A DNA stretch of 63,776 nt, the filler included, from an uncultured Synergistales bacterium (GTDB lineage: Bacteria > Synergistota > Synergistia > Synergistales > Aminobacteriaceae): NCBI GenBank assembly GCA_937897575.1. It is 6 parts of 6 records of this genome, joined end to end, with 100 filler letters (N's around TTAATTAATTAA, not from the genome) between each part and the next. Parts side by side here need not be neighbours in the genome. Positions count along the whole stretch, not along the records: positions 52,462 to 63,776 come from CALCQG010000072.1; 5 more parts are not named here. The stretch is one strand, 5' to 3'. Made by a program: the position numbers and the translations under genes. Of the stretch, positions 59,741 to 63,776 are shown in pieces (within the stretch, counting starts at the first letter, position 1; the number at the start of each line of letters is the position of its first letter). Under the pieces are notes generated by a model. That model was not told the DNA's origin and made no database searches. It was given only the letters and a program-made list of their open reading frames with translations.

Positions 59741-60651
59741 ACCCGCTCCCCCGTCGCGCTCAGAAAGACAAAGAGGTCTTCGAGGGTCGGTGGAATTTCC
59801 TTCACGGGGAGTTCTCCGTATCCCCTTGCTGAAAATTCGCGCTCCAGAGCCGTCCCGGCAAACCGGACATCGTCGACGACGAGGTGGTACTGCGCGCCAA
59901 ACAGGTTCGCGTCGACGACCCCGGGAAGAGTCGAAAGCCACTCCTTCGCCCGCCGGTCCCGGAGGCCGACCTGAAGCACCCGATGAGGGTAGCGGCTCAG
60001 CAGTTCATGGGATGTTCCCAGGTCCAGCACCTTGCCTCTGCTGATGAACAGCTTCCTCGTGCAGAGTTCCGCCTCGTCCATATAGGGGGTGGAGACGACA
60101 ATGGTCATGCCGCTCTTGTTCAGGTCGTAGAGCATGGACCAGAACTCCCTGCGGGCAACAGGGTCCACGCCCGTCGTCGGCTCGTCGAGGAAGAGGATTG
60201 TAGGGGTGTGCAGCAGTCCGATGGCCAGGGCGAGTTTCTGCTTCATGCCACCTGAAAGGTTGCCGGCAAGACGGTCGCGAAAGGGCCACAGCCCCGTCCG
60301 CCGGAGCGCCGACTCGCCTGCTCTTCGAACCTCCTTCTTCGACGCGCCGTACAGCGCCCCGAAGAGCGAGATGTTCTCCATCACGGTCATGGCCGTGTAA
60401 AGGCTGAATATCTGCGAGACGTACCCCGCATGCACCCTCGCCCTCCGCCTGTCCTCGCTGCCCAGCAGCAGACAGGTCCCCTCGTCGGGATCGACGATGC
60501 CCATGGCCATCCGGATGAGCGTCGTCTTCCCGGCCCCGTCAGGGCCGATGAAACCGAATATCTCGCCGGCCTCCACGCTCACTTCGACCTTCGACAGGGC
60601 GACACGCCCTTCGAATTGTTTCGAAACGCCCCGATAGGTCAGCGCGGCCAT
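59737..60651 (-). CDS. ABC ATP-binding protein
   Basis: GPDGAGKTT, LSGGMKQK, LDEPTTGVDP. Confidence 0.95.
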   Translation of the reverse strand: MAALTYRGVSKQFEGRVALSKVEVSVEAGEIFGFIGPDGAGKTTLIRMAMGIVDPDEGTCLLLGSEDRRRARVHAGYVSQIFSLYTAMTVMENISLFGALYGASKKEVRRAGESALRRTGLWPFRDRLAGNLSGGMKQKLALAIGLLHTPTILFLDEPTTGVDPVARREFWSMLYDLNKSGMTIVVSTPYMDEAELCTRKLFISRGKVLDLGTSHELLSRYPHRVLQVGLRDRRAKEWLSTLPGVVDANLFGAQYHLVVDDVRFAGTALEREFSARGYGELPVKEIPPTLEDLFVFLSATGERV

Positions 60652-60706
60652 GGGATCACCCTCTCCGCTACGGGGAGAACACACCGTTGCAACGACATCC
60701 TGCCCG

Positions 60707-61678
60707 TCAGAACGTCACGTCCGCCGGCATACCGGGCTTCATTATCCTCTCGGGGTTGTCCAGGCTGACTTTGACCCGGAAGACCATGTTGGCCCTCTGG
60801 TCGGGAGTCAAGGAGAGCCTCGGGTTGTACTCGGCCTCCTGGCTGATCTTCGTGACGACCGCCGGGAACGTCCTGTCCGGGTAGGAATCCACCTGAACGG
60901 ACGCCTCTCCGCCGAGGCGGATCAGCCCAAGCTGCGTGGACGGGATGTAGACGTTCACCCAGCACCGTTCCATGACCCCGAGCGTCGCCAAGGACGCACC
61001 GGACGCCACCACGTCCCCCTCCTCATAGTTCTTCGTCAGGACGACCCCGTCGACGGGCGCATAGATCTTTTTGTAGCCAACGAGGATCGTCGCCTTCTCC
61101 ACCGCCGCCTCGGCCTGCCTGGTCCGCTCCCGGGCAGCCTCGATGTCCTCCGCACGGTTGCCGGTCGTCAGGAGATCCAACTCGTCCTGCGCCATCTGAA
61201 CGGACTTCCGGCTCGTCTCCATTTGCTCTCTGTAGAGCTCGGCCTCTCTCTGTGCGACAGCGCCCCGATCGGCAAGGTTCTTGAAGCGTTCATAGTCCCT
61301 CCGCGCCTGCTCGGACTGAAGCCTCTTGAGCTCCAGCTGCGCCGTCGCGGCATCGATCTGCTCCGAACGGGCTCCCCTTTCCAGGACGGCAAGATTCTGG
61401 CGGGCGGCGCCCAACGCGGCCTCCGCCATCTCCAGATCTTTGTCGACGCCGTCGAGGGACAACCTGGCGAGGAGGTCTCCCTTATGAACGGGACGCCCCT
61501 CCTGCACGTCGAGAGAGAGAATACGCCCCCCGACCTGAGGCGCAAGCTGAACTTGCGTCACCTCGATTGTCCCGGAGGCGCGGATCCGATCGTCTCTCGT
61601 TTTTTTCTCATCCAGCCAATACCACACCCCGACACCGGCAAAGAGAACGACCAGGGCCAAGGCAAGCAGCTTTTTCAT
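60707..61678 (-). CDS. HlyD-family membrane fusion protein (YbhG-like)
   Basis: ASGTIE, coiled coil, APVDGVV, KPGMPADV. Confidence 0.93.
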   Translation of the reverse strand: MKKLLALALVVLFAGVGVWYWLDEKKTRDDRIRASGTIEVTQVQLAPQVGGRILSLDVQEGRPVHKGDLLARLSLDGVDKDLEMAEAALGAARQNLAVLERGARSEQIDAATAQLELKRLQSEQARRDYERFKNLADRGAVAQREAELYREQMETSRKSVQMAQDELDLLTTGNRAEDIEAARERTRQAEAAVEKATILVGYKKIYAPVDGVVLTKNYEEGDVVASGASLATLGVMERCWVNVYIPSTQLGLIRLGGEASVQVDSYPDRTFPAVVTKISQEAEYNPRLSLTPDQRANMVFRVKVSLDNPERIMKPGMPADVTF

Positions 61679-61827
61679 GTCTTCATCTCCTTGATACGAA
61701 AGGGGCGTTCGCCCGGTGCCGATATTATACTCCCCTTTGCCGTCGAGGGCTGAATGGAAGGCCTGGATGCAAGAGCGGGTACCCTAAAGACGGGTGCCCG
61801 CTTCGTCGGCCGACGTGGGATCGCTTT

Positions 61828-63654
61828 TTATTGCCCGGCGGGCTGAGGGGCGCCGCCCGCGAACCGGGTGATAATCTCCCGCATCTCGTCGCCCGTGAGG
61901 GTCTCCTTCTCCATGAGGGTCCTCGCCAGCTCGTCCAGAAGGGCCCGGTTTTCCTCCAGTATGGACATGGCATGACTCTGGGCGCTCTTCACCCGGTCGC
62001 GGATCTCGCTGTCGATGCAGGCCACCGTCTCGGTGCTGAGGTCGGTCCGGTTCCCGCCGTTCACCGTCTGGAGATATACGGACCGATCGCCGGCGTAGCG
62101 TACGGGCCCGAGTTTCTCCGACATTCCGAACTCCGTGACCATGCGTCTCGCAAGGTCAGTCGCCCGTTCGAGGTCGTTGGAGGCACCGGTGGTGGCCTCG
62201 TTGAAGACCAGCAACTCCGCGGCCCGCCCCCCCAGCATGACCGCCATCCTGGCCCGCAGCTCGCGCTCGCCGATGAGAAACTGGTCCTCCTCGGGCATCT
62301 GCATGGTGTAGCCGAGGGCTCCCTTGGCCGTGGGGATGATGCTGATCTTGTGCACGGGATCCGCCCCGGGGACGAAGTGCGCCGTCAGGGCGTGCCCCAC
62401 CTCATGGTAGGCCACTTTTTCGCGGACGTCCTTTTTGAGCGGGGTCTTCCGCTGCAGTCCCGCAACGACCCGTTCGATGGCCAGGTCGAAGTCCTGCATG
62501 TCCACCGTGTCGGAATTTCTCCGCACGGCGAGCAGGGAGGCCTCGTTGGCGATGTTGGCGAGGTCGGCCCCGGAGAAGCCCGGCGTCACCTTGGCGATGC
62601 GGTCGAGCTGGACCGAAGGGCCCAGGGGCATGGACTTCGTATGGATCTTCAGTATCTCCATGCGGCCCTCCTCCGTGGGGAGGTTCACCTGGATCTGCCG
62701 GTCGAACCGCCCCGGGCGCACCAGGGCGGGGTCGAGGATCTCAGGCCGGTTCGTCGCCCCCATGATGATCACGCCGCTGTTCGACTCGAAGCCGTCCATC
62801 TCGGCGAGAAGCTGATTCAGGGTGTTCTCCCGTTCGCTGTTCGAGAAGGCGCCCACGGTGGACCGGGCCTGACCGATGGCGTCGATCTCGTCGATGAAGA
62901 TGATGCAGGGCGCCTTTTTCTTCGCCTGCTCGAAGAGGTCGCGGACGCGCGATGCCCCGACGCCGACGAACATCTCGACGAAGCTCGAACCCGTCAGGTA
63001 GAAGAAGGGCACGCCCGCCTCGCCCGCTGTCGCCTTGGCAAGCAGCGTCTTGCCGGTCCCCGGGGGCCCGACGAGCAGAACGCCCTTCGGAAGCTTCGCC
63101 CCGAGCCTGTCGAACCGCTTCGGCTCCTTCAGGTACTCGATGATCTCCCGCAGTTCGACCTCCGCCTCGCCGACGCCTCCGACCTCGTCGAAGGTGATCT
63201 TCGTCATCTCGCCCGAGATCTCCTGCGCCTTGCTCTTTCCGATGGACATGACGTTGCCGCCCATCCGGCGCGTCATGAAGTACCAGATGACGAGCAGGGG
63301 CAGGAAGCTGAAGACCCAGCCCATGAGCGTGCCCACGGCCCCCCTGGTCTCGTCCAGCCCGGAGAAGGCCACGCCGGCCCTCGTCAGGCGGTCCACAAGG
63401 TCCCGGTCCTCGACGCGCACCACGTTGCGGACCCCTCCCGCGCTGCTCTTGTCCTTCAGCGTGAAGACGAAGCGATCCGTCCCGATCTGCACGCTTTCGA
63501 CCTGCCCCTTCTCCAGCTCCTGAAGGAACGTGCTGTAGGGGACCTCCGTCTCGCGGATCACGAAGGGCTGGAGGAACAGCGAGTTGAAGAGCCATACCGC
63601 CACCAGCGCGAAGATGAAATAGGCAGTGGAGAAATTTCGTTGTTTCCGGTCCAA
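61828..63654 (-). CDS. ftsH: ATP-dependent zinc metalloprotease FtsH
   Basis: Two TMs, [35 protein letters not shown]. Confidence 0.96.
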   Translation of the reverse strand: MDRKQRNFSTAYFIFALVAVWLFNSLFLQPFVIRETEVPYSTFLQELEKGQVESVQIGTDRFVFTLKDKSSAGGVRNVVRVEDRDLVDRLTRAGVAFSGLDETRGAVGTLMGWVFSFLPLLVIWYFMTRRMGGNVMSIGKSKAQEISGEMTKITFDEVGGVGEAEVELREIIEYLKEPKRFDRLGAKLPKGVLLVGPPGTGKTLLAKATAGEAGVPFFYLTGSSFVEMFVGVGASRVRDLFEQAKKKAPCIIFIDEIDAIGQARSTVGAFSNSERENTLNQLLAEMDGFESNSGVIIMGATNRPEILDPALVRPGRFDRQIQVNLPTEEGRMEILKIHTKSMPLGPSVQLDRIAKVTPGFSGADLANIANEASLLAVRRNSDTVDMQDFDLAIERVVAGLQRKTPLKKDVREKVAYHEVGHALTAHFVPGADPVHKISIIPTAKGALGYTMQMPEEDQFLIGERELRARMAVMLGGRAAELLVFNEATTGASNDLERATDLARRMVTEFGMSEKLGPVRYAGDRSVYLQTVNGGNRTDLSTETVACIDSEIRDRVKSAQSHAMSILEENRALLDELARTLMEKETLTGDEMREIITRFAGGAPQPAGQ

Positions 63655-63776
63655 AACCGTCACCTCACCTCTGACGCTGTCGAAGACAGCGCAATATGCG
63701 GCCATTATAGCACCCGGTCATTGGCCTTACCGTCCGGAACACGGCGCGTACGGGCGGCATCCGTGGGCCTTTCCCG

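Overview
High-GC bacterial draft-genome window, most likely an anaerobic Synergistota member (inferred from gene content). It is six contigs joined by artificial N-TTAATTAATTAA-N linkers (about 10740-10839, 26257-26356, 33773-33872, 39759-39858, 52362-52461), so adjacency across gaps is meaningless. Contig 1 holds the CIRCE-regulated hrcA-grpE-dnaK-dnaJ-prmA-mtaB operon, folP/folK, a probable selenocysteine peroxiredoxin (in-frame UGA at the catalytic site plus a SECIS-like hairpin) and a disrupted 2-oxoacid:ferredoxin oxidoreductase. Contig 2 holds glnS, a CDF transporter, NagZ, tRNA-Leu, a large exported protein with five repeats of an unrecognised domain, PduO, RarA, a 6S RNA and a broken formate/nitrite channel. 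Contig 3 holds a second RarA and several oxidoreductases. Contig 4 holds ArsM and part of a HydABCSL-type (probably electron-bifurcating) NiFe hydrogenase operon. Contig 5 carries a covarying hairpin-repeat family near both ends, a DinJ/YafQ pair, a multi-TM LuxR regulator divergent from a two-gene exported module (one gene is toxin-like with an internal second signal-peptide-like motif), a TRAP-IlvD-DHCW cupin operon and the start of gyrA. Contig 6 holds an L,D-transpeptidase, ornithine decarboxylase-speE-carbamate kinase, an ABC exporter and ftsH. Several local lesions suggest assembly errors. All calls come from reading motifs by eye; no database searches were run.
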